Virus record (IMG/VR): IMGVR_UViG_3300027374_000458
Location: 1-64,000 of that record
Reading direction: 5' to 3' (one strand)
Source: a virus
Lineage: Duplodnaviria; Caudoviricetes
Length of the DNA: 64,000 nucleotides
Below are positions 63,425-64,000 of the stretch, piece after piece; within the stretch, counting starts at the first letter, position 1; each line of letters starts with the position of its first letter. The position numbers and the translations under genes are program-made. The notes under the pieces were generated by a model. The model did not search any database, was not told the origin of the DNA, and worked only from the letters and a program-made list of their open reading frames with translations.

Positions 63425-63892
63425 TTACGGTTCCTCGCCGCAGGACTTCATTTGCCGCAGCCGCTCTTTCCACGCCTCGGCAGCCTTGGCCCTGCGATTC
63501 AATTCCGCTGCCCGCTGCTCTGGAGTCAAGGCGGACAGCCTCCATTCATCCTGATCTGCTGTGAGAGCCCCGCAAAATCGCTGCAAGATGCTCAAAGCCA
63601 ATTCTGTACGGGTAGGCGTGTGATTTTCCAATGCTGCCTGCCCCTGCCGGAACAGGTCGATGTATCTGTCATACTGCTTTTCAGTGATGATTTCCCATCC
63701 GTAGGCATCGAGAATATCCTGCTCAGTTTGAAAGCCCAAAGCGGTTTCCAATTCTTTCTTGCGGGCGTCTGCCTCACGATTGATTTTCCGCTGGAATTTC
63801 TCAATCAGGCGGTTTACCTCTTTGATGACTACGCCGCTGGCTTCTGCCTCCAGCAAATAACCGGCAGCCTCCGGGTTTGTGTACCTGCTCAT
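63425..63892 (-). CDS. Hypothetical helical protein
   Basis: DILDAYGWEIITEKQYDRY. Confidence 0.7.
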   Translation of the reverse strand: MSRYTNPEAAGYLLEAEASGVVIKEVNRLIEKFQRKINREADARKKELETALGFQTEQDILDAYGWEIITEKQYDRYIDLFRQGQAALENHTPTRTELALSILQRFCGALTADQDEWRLSALTPEQRAAELNRRAKAAEAWKERLRQMKSCGEEP

Positions 63893-64000
63893 ATTGCACC
63901 TGCTTCCTTATCGCTCGTTGGGGGCTTCGGCAAAGCCAACGCCCCCAACGAATATGTGTCGGAATGTGGTACTCCGCATCCTCACTTCTGTTTCTCGCTC

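Larger units (their letters stand above)
127..64000. mobile_element. Large integrative element (ICE-like or integrated plasmid-like); right end lies outside the window
   Basis: Terminal triple serine recombinase cassette, own replication, partition and repair genes, a TA pair and PcfJ/PcfK/YodL genes; no housekeeping synteny. The left boundary is inferred from the broken LSR gene. Confidence 0.8.

Noticed and set aside
1-64000. CRISPR array, tRNA/rRNA, phage structural or T4SS genes
   Set aside because: None recognised by eye; transfer genes may lie beyond the right edge.

Overview
This window is the left end and about 64 kb of a large integrated mobile element from a Clostridia-type Firmicute (Oscillospiraceae-like; inferred from gene content and an SLH fragment). 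I see no phage structural genes, relaxase/T4SS, CRISPR, rRNA or tRNA. From left to right: (1) the 3' half of a large serine recombinase gene that appears to be interrupted at about nt 127-138, the likely integration junction; (2) a minus-strand integration module of ParB, DUF6551-like, DUF6870-like, three tandem large serine recombinases and a small catalytically dead resolvase domain; (3) an accessory module with a tyrosine recombinase followed by two inverted 11-6-11 dif-like sites, a 941-aa ExoIII/AP-endonuclease fused to a group II intron-type reverse transcriptase with no intron RNA, a SLOG protein and an XRE regulator; (4) a plus-strand arm of about 27 kb behind a highly structured ~290-nt leader, encoding YqaJ exonuclease, RecD2, a putative SSAP, beta clamp, primase-YodL, PcfK/PcfJ, a sigma-region-2 protein, LigA, many small unknown proteins, SprT, a VapBC-type pair and ParMR; (5) a convergent minus-strand arm with an MTase-SF2 helicase, two large unknown proteins, PAPS-reductase-like, Mom-like GNAT and pentapeptide-repeat genes. 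The top finding is the LINE-ORF2-like AP endonuclease-RT fusion. All family assignments come from motif recognition by eye; no database searches were run.
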